From positions 1 to 59,589 of IMG/VR virus record IMGVR_UViG_3300044463_000021: DNA of 59,589 nt. One strand, written 5' to 3'. Each line of letters starts with the position of its first letter. The first letter of the stretch is position 1. The position numbers and the translations under genes were made by a program. Origin of the DNA: a virus. A model generated the notes under the pieces. The model did not search any database, was not told the DNA's origin, and saw only the letters and a list, made by a program, of their open reading frames with translations. Of this stretch, positions 1 through 7,723 are shown in pieces.

Positions 1-119
1 CACCGGCACATCGTGCTCATCCTCAAAGTTCCAAGACAGGATCTTCGAGGCGAGCATTTCCGCGCACTGCTCCAACAACTCGTTGGACCGCTCGTCGCCG
101 AACGAGTCCAACAGCAGCA
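1..119. repeat. Terminal direct overlap. Bases 1-119 are identical to 59471-59589, indicating circular closure or terminal redundancy of a 59,470-bp unit.
   Basis: Both ends were read base by base. The string caccggcacatcgtgctcat...gagtccaacagcagca is present at both termini. Confidence 0.95.
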
Positions 120-213
120 GATCGTCGAGAACGAACCGTCTAGTGCGCACCTCCAGGCCTTCGAACTCGGGATCGTCGAAGACCAGATGCAGAGTGCTAC
201 GCTTCCAGCCCAT
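1..213 (-). CDS. Tail assembly chaperone, N-terminal 71 codons. The gene wraps the window ends and continues from 59470 down to 59303, giving 126 aa in total.
   Basis: ATG at 213 reads MGWKRSTLHLVFDDPEFEGLEVRTRRFVLDDLLL and is in frame with the 59303..59581 ORF through the 119-bp overlap. It lies directly upstream of the tape measure gene. Confidence 0.8.
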   Translation of the reverse strand, partial: MGWKRSTLHLVFDDPEFEGLEVRTRRFVLDDLLLLDSFGDERSNELLEQCAEMLASKILSWNFEDEHDVPV

Positions 214-219
214 ATAGAC

Positions 220-648
220 TCAGCTCCATGTCGGAATCGCGCCGTTGGCCAAAACTCCGGGCACAGACCAGCCCAACTCGCCCGTCTGGCTGCGCGTCAT
301 CGCATAGTCCGTCAACAGCAACGTCACCTGCGGCGAGCTACCCAATGTCTGCCCAGAAACGACAAGCAGGATCTCCCGCGCCACCGACGTCGACGACACC
401 GTCTTGAACACGTCATGCGCCAAGTTGGACCCGTCGTCGAAGGGCCCGTTCCAATTCGCCGACATGTCGGCAAGCAGCAGCTGACGCTCATTGGCGGACT
501 TGTCGATGCCCGTGATGTCTTCCACCCCGCGGGGTGTGGCCCACTGGAAATTCGTGATATCCGTGCGGAGGTCGCGCAGCGTGCCAGTCGCATCATCGAT
601 CGACATCGAGGTCCACGCCAACCCGGATTCTTTGGAAATTGCAATCAC
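220..648 (-). CDS. Tail tube-like protein (142 aa), a paralog of the 245-aa major tail protein.
   Basis: GTG start. DLRTDITNF...DITGIDKSANER aligns with DLSGDVGGINNL...TVTGIDKEAFER of ORF 1239..1976. It sits immediately upstream of the chaperone genes. Confidence 0.6.
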   Translation of the reverse strand: MIAISKESGLAWTSMSIDDATGTLRDLRTDITNFQWATPRGVEDITGIDKSANERQLLLADMSANWNGPFDDGSNLAHDVFKTVSSTSVAREILLVVSGQTLGSSPQVTLLLTDYAMTRSQTGELGWSVPGVLANGAIPTWS

Positions 649-660
649 ATCCTCTTGTCA

Positions 661-685
661 TGTGGCCACAAGCCTTGTGGCCACG
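661..685. promoter_or_regulatory. Two copies of the palindromic TGTGGCCAC(A) motif, 15 bp apart, just upstream of the GTG start at 648.
   Basis: TGTGGCCACA lies at 661-670 and TGTGGCCACG at 676-685, in a 132-bp intergenic gap. The same motif recurs at 26651-26696. Confidence 0.5.
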
Positions 686-780
686 TCCACCCGAAGCCTG
701 GTAGAACGCTCGGCGGCTCGACCCCGGGGGGTGGACTCGACGTCGCGCTCGAATGGCGGAGGAAAGTCATGGCGCGCCTC

Positions 781-1239
781 CTATCCCTTGTTTCTCTCGT
801 CGACGATTGCCTGCTGGTGAAGCGCAAAATCCTCGACCCAAAACTCGGGCCTGGTATGCCGCCTCACTTCTCCTCGCGGGTTCCCGCGCCAGTCGCCACC
901 CCTGACCACAAACAGTTCCGGCCGGCCCACCGGCAGCCGATGCTCGGCGAAACACCGCTGCCCAGCATCGAAGGTGAACACCGTCAAACCGCCCGGGTCC
1001 TTGAATTCCGTGTACTTACGGCGCTCGACCTTGCGGATGCGGTAAGCCCAACGCTGGCCCTGCAGTGTGCGTTCGTCGATCGGCGACACCCACCCGCGCT
1101 CGTACTCCCGGCAGCCCACCTCCGCACACGTGGCCGGGCGGAAGTGTGTTGGCAGCGGGGCGTCGATCTCATATGTTTTGTAGGCGTGCGCAGGCATCAG
1201 CGGCTTGACCGGCCGATTGACAGGACGAAGCGGGCGCAT
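781..1239 (-). CDS. Hypothetical basic Cys-containing protein (152 aa) inserted between the two tail-tube paralogs.
   Basis: The ORF has a 1-nt stop/start overlap with the upstream gene. RPATCAEVGCREYERGW...GQRCFAEH. No family was recognised. Confidence 0.55.
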   Translation of the reverse strand: MRPLRPVNRPVKPLMPAHAYKTYEIDAPLPTHFRPATCAEVGCREYERGWVSPIDERTLQGQRWAYRIRKVERRKYTEFKDPGGLTVFTFDAGQRCFAEHRLPVGRPELFVVRGGDWRGNPRGEVRRHTRPEFWVEDFALHQQAIVDERNKG

Positions 1240-1976
1240 CAGAAGGCCACCCCCGCGATCTCATTCTTCACGATCATCAGGTTGAACACGGCGTTGGAGA
1301 ACGTCCCCGTGGTGGCAACACGCAGATAGCGGCGGATCGTCGCCGTGTTCGACGTCGCCAACCGCTGCGTGGTCACACCAGTAGCCGCCGTGAACGCCAG
1401 ACCGGCCACGGCCGTGAACGCCGAGTCGTTGGCCGAATCCTCGATGGTGCAGGTGACCGATGTCCCAGTCACCGCGAACACCTGCAAGTAGGCCTGCGCA
1501 CCGAAGTCGGCGGATGCCGCAGTGTCAATGCTTGACCCGTTGGTGGCGCTGGTGTCGGTGCGCTTCCCGGCCGTCAGCTGCCGGCCCCACTCCAAGGCGT
1601 TGCCGTTGCCCAACGCTTGGACGGTCAACGTCAGCGAACCATCCTGCGCCCGCGTACCGTCGTAGTTGATTTGCTTGGCGACGATTGCTGCCGCCGGATA
1701 GCCGAGGGTGGTGCCGACGCAGACGGTGGTGATCTGATCGGTGCGCGGCAACGCCGACAACGTCAGATGCGCCTGCCCTGTCGCCTTGTTGAAGTACGAC
1801 ATGTACTCGACCGCGCCGTCGCGTAGGCCGCCGATGCGTTCGAACGCCTCTTTGTCGATGCCGGTGACCGTCAGCGGCGAAGGCCCGCCGCGCAGATTGT
1901 TGATGCCGCCCACGTCGCCGGACAGGTCGTATCCACCGACGTAGCAGTTCATCCCCAGACCGGAACGCTTTGTCAT
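1239..1976 (-). CDS. Major tail protein (245 aa).
   Basis: Internal ATG at 1976 (MTKRSGLGMNCYVGGYDLSGD). The Ser/Thr/Ala/Gly-rich beta-type composition and the position after the connector genes fit a tail tube subunit. Confidence 0.6.
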   Translation of the reverse strand: MTKRSGLGMNCYVGGYDLSGDVGGINNLRGGPSPLTVTGIDKEAFERIGGLRDGAVEYMSYFNKATGQAHLTLSALPRTDQITTVCVGTTLGYPAAAIVAKQINYDGTRAQDGSLTLTVQALGNGNALEWGRQLTAGKRTDTSATNGSSIDTAASADFGAQAYLQVFAVTGTSVTCTIEDSANDSAFTAVAGLAFTAATGVTTQRLATSNTATIRRYLRVATTGTFSNAVFNLMIVKNEIAGVAF

Positions 1977-1977
1977 G

Positions 1978-2433
1978 TCAGCCTGCCTGCTCGAAAACGT
2001 CGGAAACGACCATCGGTATGTCGACAATCGCGGTGCGGAACAGGGTGTCGCCGGCCTTCCGGTAACCGCCACGGCAGGTGAGGCCCTGTCCCGCCATGCC
2101 GAGAAGGTCGATGTTGCGGATGAGCCCGCCCAGGGTGAACCCGCCGCTGTAGGCGTTGATGAGCGCAGCCGCGGCGGTGACGATGGTGAGCTCGATGTCG
2201 TCGGCCGGCTGCGTCTGCATCAGCGCGTAGATGGAGGCGGTGACGTTGAGGACGGCCGAAGTCGACTTCAGCCCGGAAAACTGGGCGCCAGGCGCTAGAG
2301 TGCCGAACTCGAATGCGACGCCGACGCCGGAGTTCGGCGGGTTGATGAGGGCGTGACCTTCGACGTGGTCGAACACACCGAGCTCGGAGGCGTGGTCGCG
2401 TAGTGCGATGAAGATGGGGCCGGCGTCAAGCAT
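1978..2433 (-). CDS. Head-tail joining or tail terminator-like protein (151 aa).
   Basis: ATG at 2433 with an 8-nt overlap to the upstream gene. It lies between the gp10-like gene and the major tail gene. Confidence 0.4.
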   Translation of the reverse strand: MLDAGPIFIALRDHASELGVFDHVEGHALINPPNSGVGVAFEFGTLAPGAQFSGLKSTSAVLNVTASIYALMQTQPADDIELTIVTAAAALINAYSGGFTLGGLIRNIDLLGMAGQGLTCRGGYRKAGDTLFRTAIVDIPMVVSDVFEQAG

Positions 2434-2824
2434 GGCCGCCTCCCATCCGGGCAAGGAACCGTGGGAGTACCCGCTCGGCGATCGGTACGGCCTTGTCCTG
2501 GAGTTCGGCGGCAACGGTTTTGAACGACCAGTAGCCTTTGAACTTGGTCACCGGATAGTTGCGGCTCCCGACACCCTCGAGCCACGGCCCGTAAATGATC
2601 ATGTTGTCGTGGATCCAGCCGTGATTGTCGAGGTGCTGGGCTTCCACATGCGACTCGTAGTTCCCGGTCGGCTTCTTGAAATGGGTGATGAACCGGACGC
2701 CAAGGTCGCCGCGGCCTTCCTTGGTGATCTCCCACACCGCTTCCTCGAGGAAGTCGTCCAACGCCTTGTCTGCGCGCCCATCCCAGAGCGGGCCCGAGGT
2801 GTCGACGGTGACTGTGTAGGACAT
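2426..2824 (-). CDS. HK97 gp10-like head-tail connector (neck) protein (132 aa).
   Basis: PTGNYESHVEAQ...IIYGPWLEGVGSRN resembles the gp10-family G-x-Y...LE-x-G pattern. Gene order supports the call. Confidence 0.5.
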   Translation of the reverse strand: MSYTVTVDTSGPLWDGRADKALDDFLEEAVWEITKEGRGDLGVRFITHFKKPTGNYESHVEAQHLDNHGWIHDNMIIYGPWLEGVGSRNYPVTKFKGYWSFKTVAAELQDKAVPIAERVLPRFLARMGGGHA

Positions 2825-2826
2825 GG

Positions 2827-3891
2827 CTACACCGCGGCCTTTCTGGCCTTACGCCCGAACGTGGTGTAGGCGTCCTCACGGATCTGCTTCAACCCGCGCC
2901 CGCTGGATTCGCGTGTGTTCTCCCCGGAGCCGACCTCACGCGCATACCCGGCCAGACGTTGGCCCATCGTGGTGAGCGCCTCAGCGATGTTGAGTTCCTG
3001 GATCAGCGCCGGCGCATCGTGTCGGTAGACCGCCGTGGCAGACGTGTGGGTTGCTGCTGTGGTGCCCAAAGCGCCGCGGGTGACCGTGACCGTGCGGGGT
3101 GCGTAAATGTCGGCGTTGACCAGATGCGCCGTCAACGCTGACCCGTCCCATTTGCGTTTCACCGTCAACGTTGTGCCGGCCACATCGACGACCAGCATCC
3201 GCTCCGAGTCGATGAGCAGGGTTTCGCCGACGTTGATGCTGCCGGCGGTGATGCTGGTGATTGACACGTCGGCCTCCGACGCGGACAGCACGGATGTGTT
3301 CTGGGCCGTGTCCACCATCGCCTTTGCGGTGACGATGAGCCGTTCCGAGTCGATGAGCAGTGCGTTGCCGACCCCGACCGCAGCCGAGTTGGACACGGCG
3401 ATTGTTGTTGCGGTGGTCGACGAAACGTTGGCGGTGATGGTGCCCGCGGCGACGTCGTTGAGTTGGAAACCCCAGATGCCGGTGATCGCGACCTGGCGTT
3501 GGGTAGTCGAACCCGCGGCGAACGCCGCCGAGCTGGCGAGGTCGATTTCGATGCGGCCGTAGGGCGGCTCGTCCAGGTCGTCGTAGCGGCGCAGGAAATA
3601 GTCGGTGGACGCAATGGTGGTACCTGCGGCCACAACCGTGCTGGCGGAGATCAGCTCGTTCATGCCCAGCGGAAGCTTCCAGCTGGGCGAAAAATCCCTG
3701 GTCGGGTAGTCGAAATATCTCGTGCCGGACCATGGGGCGAAGCGGCGGTGCAGTTGTGCTTCCAGCGTGTTCGCCCCGGCCTCCAGCGCATTCTTGAGCT
3801 GCGAGTCCATGCGTGCCGTGTACTTGGTGTCGGTCGCCACCGCGAGGGACTCGACACTGGCGTACGTCAACCCTTGCGCCCACAGGGTCAT
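2827..3891 (-). CDS. Head-tail adaptor or structural protein (354 aa) with an internal duplicated segment.
   Basis: ATG at 3891 (MTLWAQGLTYASVESL). Duplicated motif VGNALLIDSERLIVTA and VGETLLIDSERMLVVDVAGTTLTVKRKWDGS. Confidence 0.45.
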   Translation of the reverse strand: MTLWAQGLTYASVESLAVATDTKYTARMDSQLKNALEAGANTLEAQLHRRFAPWSGTRYFDYPTRDFSPSWKLPLGMNELISASTVVAAGTTIASTDYFLRRYDDLDEPPYGRIEIDLASSAAFAAGSTTQRQVAITGIWGFQLNDVAAGTITANVSSTTATTIAVSNSAAVGVGNALLIDSERLIVTAKAMVDTAQNTSVLSASEADVSITSITAGSINVGETLLIDSERMLVVDVAGTTLTVKRKWDGSALTAHLVNADIYAPRTVTVTRGALGTTAATHTSATAVYRHDAPALIQELNIAEALTTMGQRLAGYAREVGSGENTRESSGRGLKQIREDAYTTFGRKARKAAV

Positions 3892-4058
3892 GTCGCCCTC
3901 CAGCCGTCGAACGGGCAGTAGAGCTCGCCGCGAGGGCCGGTGCGTAAAGGCTCGCCGTCGTTTGGGCATGCCACGGGCGGCTGTGAGCGTTCCTCCGCAA
4001 GCCTGTCGCGGTATTCCTGCTCGATAGCCAACAGCCCGTACCATCCGCCCTCAGACAT
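3888..4058 (-). CDS. Small zinc-ribbon-like protein (56 aa), not in the ORF track.
   Basis: Hand translation gives MSEGGWYGLLAIEQEYRDRLAEERSQPPVACPNDGEPLRTGPRGELYCPFDGWRAT. It has TGATG and ATGA overlaps with both neighbours. Confidence 0.6.
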   Translation of the reverse strand: MSEGGWYGLLAIEQEYRDRLAEERSQPPVACPNDGEPLRTGPRGELYCPFDGWRAT

Positions 4059-4480
4059 CAGCTGCCGTCACCCGCCTTCGCGCGTGCGGCTTTGCGGGGC
4101 GCGGCCTTCTTGGCCACGGTGGGAGTCTCGGCGGTTTCCGCGGTTTCGGCCGGCGCAGCATCAGCTTCCGGGTCGGCGACAACATCCGCGGCATGCCCGC
4201 CCGGCATCGGCCTCCAAGGTTGGATGTCGTGCTTGTTGGTTGGTTCACGGTCGGCGTGCAGTTTCGGCATCGGTGTCTCCTCAAGGTCTGGCCACAGCGG
4301 AACGTACAGCGCGCTGTGGCATGCCTGGCACAGCAGCCGCGGCACCGCCACCACGCCAAGTGCGACCTGCGGCAGCCACACGAGCCGCTGAACGGCGAAG
4401 GCGGTGCACCAGTCGGATGGGCAGGCCACGTACACCGATGCGGGGACCGGCGTGGGCGTGTACGTGTCAACGTCATGCAT
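4058..4480 (-). CDS. Hypothetical protein (140 aa) with a Cys pair, a hydrophobic segment and a basic tail.
   Basis: The ORF contains a 9-bp x3 repeat encoding AETAETAET. It is coupled to both neighbours. Confidence 0.5.
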   Translation of the reverse strand: MHDVDTYTPTPVPASVYVACPSDWCTAFAVQRLVWLPQVALGVVAVPRLLCQACHSALYVPLWPDLEETPMPKLHADREPTNKHDIQPWRPMPGGHAADVVADPEADAAPAETAETAETPTVAKKAAPRKAARAKAGDGS

Positions 4481-4646
4481 CGGGTGCCGCCGCAGGTTTC
4501 GTCTTCGCCTTCACGGGTGCGGGCGTAAGCATGTCCAGGTGTTCGGGTGAGCCCTGCTCCACATGCTCGGAACTCGCGCACTGCGGGCATTTGGGCACGC
4601 CCGGCGCGTAGGCCGTCGTGCACGACGTGCAGATCGCGAGTGCCAT
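4473..4646 (-). CDS. Small zinc-ribbon protein (57 aa), not in the ORF track.
   Basis: Hand translation gives MALAICTSCTTAYAPGVPKCPQCASSEHVEQG... The start overlaps the stop of the LamG gene (TGATG), and there is an 8-nt overlap with the next gene. Confidence 0.55.
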   Translation of the reverse strand: MALAICTSCTTAYAPGVPKCPQCASSEHVEQGSPEHLDMLTPAPVKAKTKPAAAPDA

Positions 4647-6085
4647 CAGCAAACACCGACCATCGGCGCGGTGTAGCCGTACAAGGTTTGAACCTCAGCC
4701 GCGGTCAACGCTTTCCCGGTGAGGAACGGCATCGCGATACGGCCATGAAACTCGGCCACCGGCGTCGCAGTCACCCCTGAGCAGCCGACCGTCAAAGGTG
4801 CGGCAGTGTTCTCCATCGCCGTGTAGGTGCCCGACTCGGTCGTCGGCCCGTCACCGTTGGACGCCGTGCCGTTGATGTAAAGCAGGACGACCGGCGACGT
4901 TTCCCCACCGTCGTAGGTGGCCACCACGTGGATCCACTGGCCGATGGTCAGAGCGCTGTCGGAGACGGCGATCTCGGTGGCGGACGCGGACGCGTCGTGC
5001 AACTCGAGGGACAACTTGCCGTTGGAGTCGATGAAAAACCGCCACTCCTCCAAGTTCCCGGCGCTGTCGTACTTGCCCATGATGACGTTGGTGACGATCG
5101 CGTTCGGGCGGACCCACGCACCCACGCTGAACGCGGCGTCGACACTGCCGTCGCCGAAGGAGTAGTTGGTTGAGTCGATGCCGGCCAGATGATGGTCGCC
5201 GGTCGGGTGGAAATGGTAGGAGTACAGGCCGGACGGCAGCATCAGCGGCGCGAAGTCGTCCTCCAACGCCTCCGCTGCCCCCGCAGTCTCCGACGGGACC
5301 AAATCCCCCACCGAGATACCGGAGACCAGACCGCCGGACGCCTCCCAAAACGGCCACAGCGACGGCTTCGTCGTGCCGAGCACGGTCATGATGTCGTTCA
5401 AGCGGCCCTCGGTGCCGCGGATGTAGGTAGCCATCTTGCGGCGCCTCCTGCTAGCTGGAATCGAGATCGTGAAGCTGACGGTGAGCATGTACCGGTCGGA
5501 GGCGTTGGCCCCGGACCAGGACACCTGCGGGGTTTCCGCCGCGGTGCCCGCGTTTTCCTTGTAGGCGACATAGCCGCGGACCCCGGTCGCCCCGGAGCCT
5601 TGCGCGGCGCTGGAGGTGAGTTCGGTGAAACCGGCCGACCACACCGGTGTGTTCTGGTCGGCCAGCCCGATCGAATGCAACGCCCCGAACGCGATGACCA
5701 GCTGCCCGGTGCTGGACAGGGTGCCGGTGGAATGGGCCGGGGTCGACGCGGCGGCAACCCCGTCGACGCGGGTGGATGTCGAAATGTCCAACGCGACCGT
5801 GTTGGGCCACCGGGACCAGCCCACATGCGTGTCATGGTCACCGGTCGTCGTGATGGTGACCGTCTGCGGTTCACCGCCGGTAGCCTGGCGAATATAGATG
5901 TAGGTGCCCTGGTCGTTGACATTCGTTTCCGCCAACGACCAGGCCGCCCCACCCGTCGAGCTGACGGCGGTGATGACCGTGTTGCTGTTTATGCAGAGCA
6001 CATCCGTCTCGCCGACAGCAGGGGCCGACCCCATATCGCAGAGGTGACCACCGCTTCCGTCGGCGAAAAGAAATGTGCCCGCCAT
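4646..6085 (-). CDS. LamG (concanavalin A-like lectin) domain protein (479 aa) in the head module.
   Basis: The C-terminal half reads FSVGAWVRP...VIMGKYD...EEWRFFIDSNGKLSLEL...GQWIHVVATYDG...LLYINGT...FHGRIAMPF, the typical LamG_3 pattern. An internal RRRRKMATYIRG could mark a second start. Confidence 0.6.
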   Translation of the reverse strand: MAGTFLFADGSGGHLCDMGSAPAVGETDVLCINSNTVITAVSSTGGAAWSLAETNVNDQGTYIYIRQATGGEPQTVTITTTGDHDTHVGWSRWPNTVALDISTSTRVDGVAAASTPAHSTGTLSSTGQLVIAFGALHSIGLADQNTPVWSAGFTELTSSAAQGSGATGVRGYVAYKENAGTAAETPQVSWSGANASDRYMLTVSFTISIPASRRRRKMATYIRGTEGRLNDIMTVLGTTKPSLWPFWEASGGLVSGISVGDLVPSETAGAAEALEDDFAPLMLPSGLYSYHFHPTGDHHLAGIDSTNYSFGDGSVDAAFSVGAWVRPNAIVTNVIMGKYDSAGNLEEWRFFIDSNGKLSLELHDASASATEIAVSDSALTIGQWIHVVATYDGGETSPVVLLYINGTASNGDGPTTESGTYTAMENTAAPLTVGCSGVTATPVAEFHGRIAMPFLTGKALTAAEVQTLYGYTAPMVGVC

Positions 6086-6097
6086 CGTCTACCCGCC

Positions 6098-7030
6098 TTA
6101 TGCCGCAGCCGAAGCGGTGCCCCAGGCGCCGCCACGCTCACCGGCAAGGTTGACCACCAGCGGGTTGTAAACCGCACCAGCCGCCGCGACGATGGCCAGG
6201 TTGAACCCGTCCGCATCGTTGGTCGCAGACTGGATCATCGGGTTGATGATGACTGCCGTGTTCCCCGCAGCCAGTGCGATACCGGAGTCCTTGGTGGCGT
6301 GGGCCTGTCGGCAGAACGCGCCGACGATCATCGTGTCCGTCGCCGAAGCATCCGAGAAGATCGTCCCCGACGAGTGGATGCCCACACACCAGGCTTCCTC
6401 GATATAGACCCCGTCGATGACACCCGAAATTTTGATCGCCGCCACACCGGCGTCACCTGCCGCGCCGAGGAACCTTGGGCGGATCAGGCGCGCCCGCGCC
6501 GCGCCGGTGTGCAGCCGCAGCCACAACACGAACTGTTTCGTCGTCCCGTCTTCGCGACCATGGATGTCGACAAGGGTGCAGTCCGCACCTGTCACCACAA
6601 TGCCGTCGACCACGTCGACAGCGGTGTTCGCGACGCACAGCAGGTTGACCCACTTCGTCGACGCCGCCGAAATGAGCATGGTCCCGTCGGTGGTGGTGAA
6701 GTTGAACGTCGGCCGGGTCGCCCCCGAACCCAACCCGATGACCGTCACACCGGCAATATCGGCGGTCACCGCACCCGCCGAACCGACCGTCTCGGTGTGA
6801 CCTGGCATGACGTAGACGACGTCGCCGGAGGTGACCAGGTCCGAACTGTAGGCGTACGACAGCGACGCCAACGGGGCGTCGGGGCGTCGGCCGTGGCCGG
6901 TCGCGTCGGTGCCGGTGGCCGAGTTGACGAAGAACACGTTGCCCGGCGTTTCACCAATGTCGACAACGGTGACAATCCCGGCACCGGACCGGGCGAAAAG
7001 CGGGGTGTAGGCGGAAGTCTGTGCAGCCAT
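6098..7030 (-). CDS. Right-handed parallel beta-helix (pectate-lyase fold) protein (310 aa) in the head module.
   Basis: The N-terminus FFVNSATGTDATGHGRRPDAPLASLSYAYSS..SGDVVYVMPGHTE is followed by short G/V/A/T-rich repeats. A strong RBS AAAAGGAG lies upstream. Confidence 0.55.
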   Translation of the reverse strand: MAAQTSAYTPLFARSGAGIVTVVDIGETPGNVFFVNSATGTDATGHGRRPDAPLASLSYAYSSDLVTSGDVVYVMPGHTETVGSAGAVTADIAGVTVIGLGSGATRPTFNFTTTDGTMLISAASTKWVNLLCVANTAVDVVDGIVVTGADCTLVDIHGREDGTTKQFVLWLRLHTGAARARLIRPRFLGAAGDAGVAAIKISGVIDGVYIEEAWCVGIHSSGTIFSDASATDTMIVGAFCRQAHATKDSGIALAAGNTAVIINPMIQSATNDADGFNLAIVAAAGAVYNPLVVNLAGERGGAWGTASAAA

Positions 7031-7074
7031 CGTGGCTCCTTTTCGGGGTTATGCATTGACCCTTGTTGGAATGT

Positions 7075-7103
7075 GGCCCTCCCACCCCACCAGCGGGAGG
7101 GCC
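7075..7103 (-). terminator. GC hairpin, a terminator or attenuator downstream of the 171-aa gene.
   Basis: GGCCCTCCC (7075-7083) pairs with GGGAGGGCC (7095-7103), giving a 9-bp stem and an 11-nt loop. There is no clear U tract. Confidence 0.4.
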
Positions 7104-7110
7104 GGTCCGG

Positions 7111-7626
7111 TTAGGACAGCGGCGCGACAAGGTTCGCCGGGGTGCGCTGCACCATCAGATCCCGCAGCACATAAATACACGTCGACAGCTGGGCGTTCGA
7201 ACCTTCACCACCCGAGTTGAGGGAGATGTAGTCGTAGCCGTCGGAGAGCTGCTTGTTGTCGACCTCGATGACCAAAATTTGTTCCTGCTCAGCCGAAGTG
7301 CCCGCACCACCCGCCTCGACGATCTCCGACGCCGCCGTCTGGGTCAGCTTCGACCAGGTTTCATCACCGTCCAGCGTGGTCTCCGACTTCAGGTAGTAGG
7401 CGGCGATGATGTCCAAGTCGGCCGTGGTGCCACCGGTGGACGCGGTGTGCTGCTGCAGGTCATACGAGTGGTCGTCACCGGCAGTGCCGGCCGCTTTGAT
7501 GACCAGGATGGTGCAGCCGCCCGCATTGCGCAGCGACACCCGCTTGCCGGTCTGCGCGGTCTGCGCGTCTACGGGCGACCAGCCGATGCTGACATCGAGC
7601 AGGCGACCCAAGGCGTCTTGTGACAT
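7111..7626 (-). CDS. Putative head decoration or accessory protein (171 aa).
   Basis: It lies immediately after the major capsid gene, is flanked by hairpins on both sides, and has the RBS GAAGGAAAG. Confidence 0.4.
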   Translation of the reverse strand: MSQDALGRLLDVSIGWSPVDAQTAQTGKRVSLRNAGGCTILVIKAAGTAGDDHSYDLQQHTASTGGTTADLDIIAAYYLKSETTLDGDETWSKLTQTAASEIVEAGGAGTSAEQEQILVIEVDNKQLSDGYDYISLNSGGEGSNAQLSTCIYVLRDLMVQRTPANLVAPLS

Positions 7627-7685
7627 TTGCTTTCCTTCTCTCGTTTAGGTTTCCCGTTCGGGGCGAGACTGCCGCCCGGGTGGAA

Positions 7686-7717
7686 GCGGTGGGCGGGGTT
7701 TGAATGCCACCCACCGC
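7686..7717 (-). terminator. Hairpin, a terminator or attenuator downstream of the major capsid gene.
   Basis: GCGGTGGGCGG (7686-7696) pairs with CCACCCACCGC (7707-7717), with one mismatch. Confidence 0.45.
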
Positions 7718-7723
7718 CAGATA

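Noticed and set aside
4051-4656. 201-aa minus-strand ORF spanning the gap after the LamG gene.
   Set aside because: Its translation is Arg/Cys/Pro-rich and implausible. The region is better covered by two coupled genes in other frames (4473-4646 and 4058-4480).
5189-7114. Long plus-strand ORF (641 aa) antisense to the LamG and beta-helix genes. Similar long antisense ORFs occur at 13-1329, 17394-18410, 18878-20419, 40007-41458 and 56600-58474.
   Set aside because: Their translations are Arg/Pro/Gly/His-rich with no motifs. This is typical of open antisense frames in GC-rich DNA. The minus-strand partners have clear family signatures.
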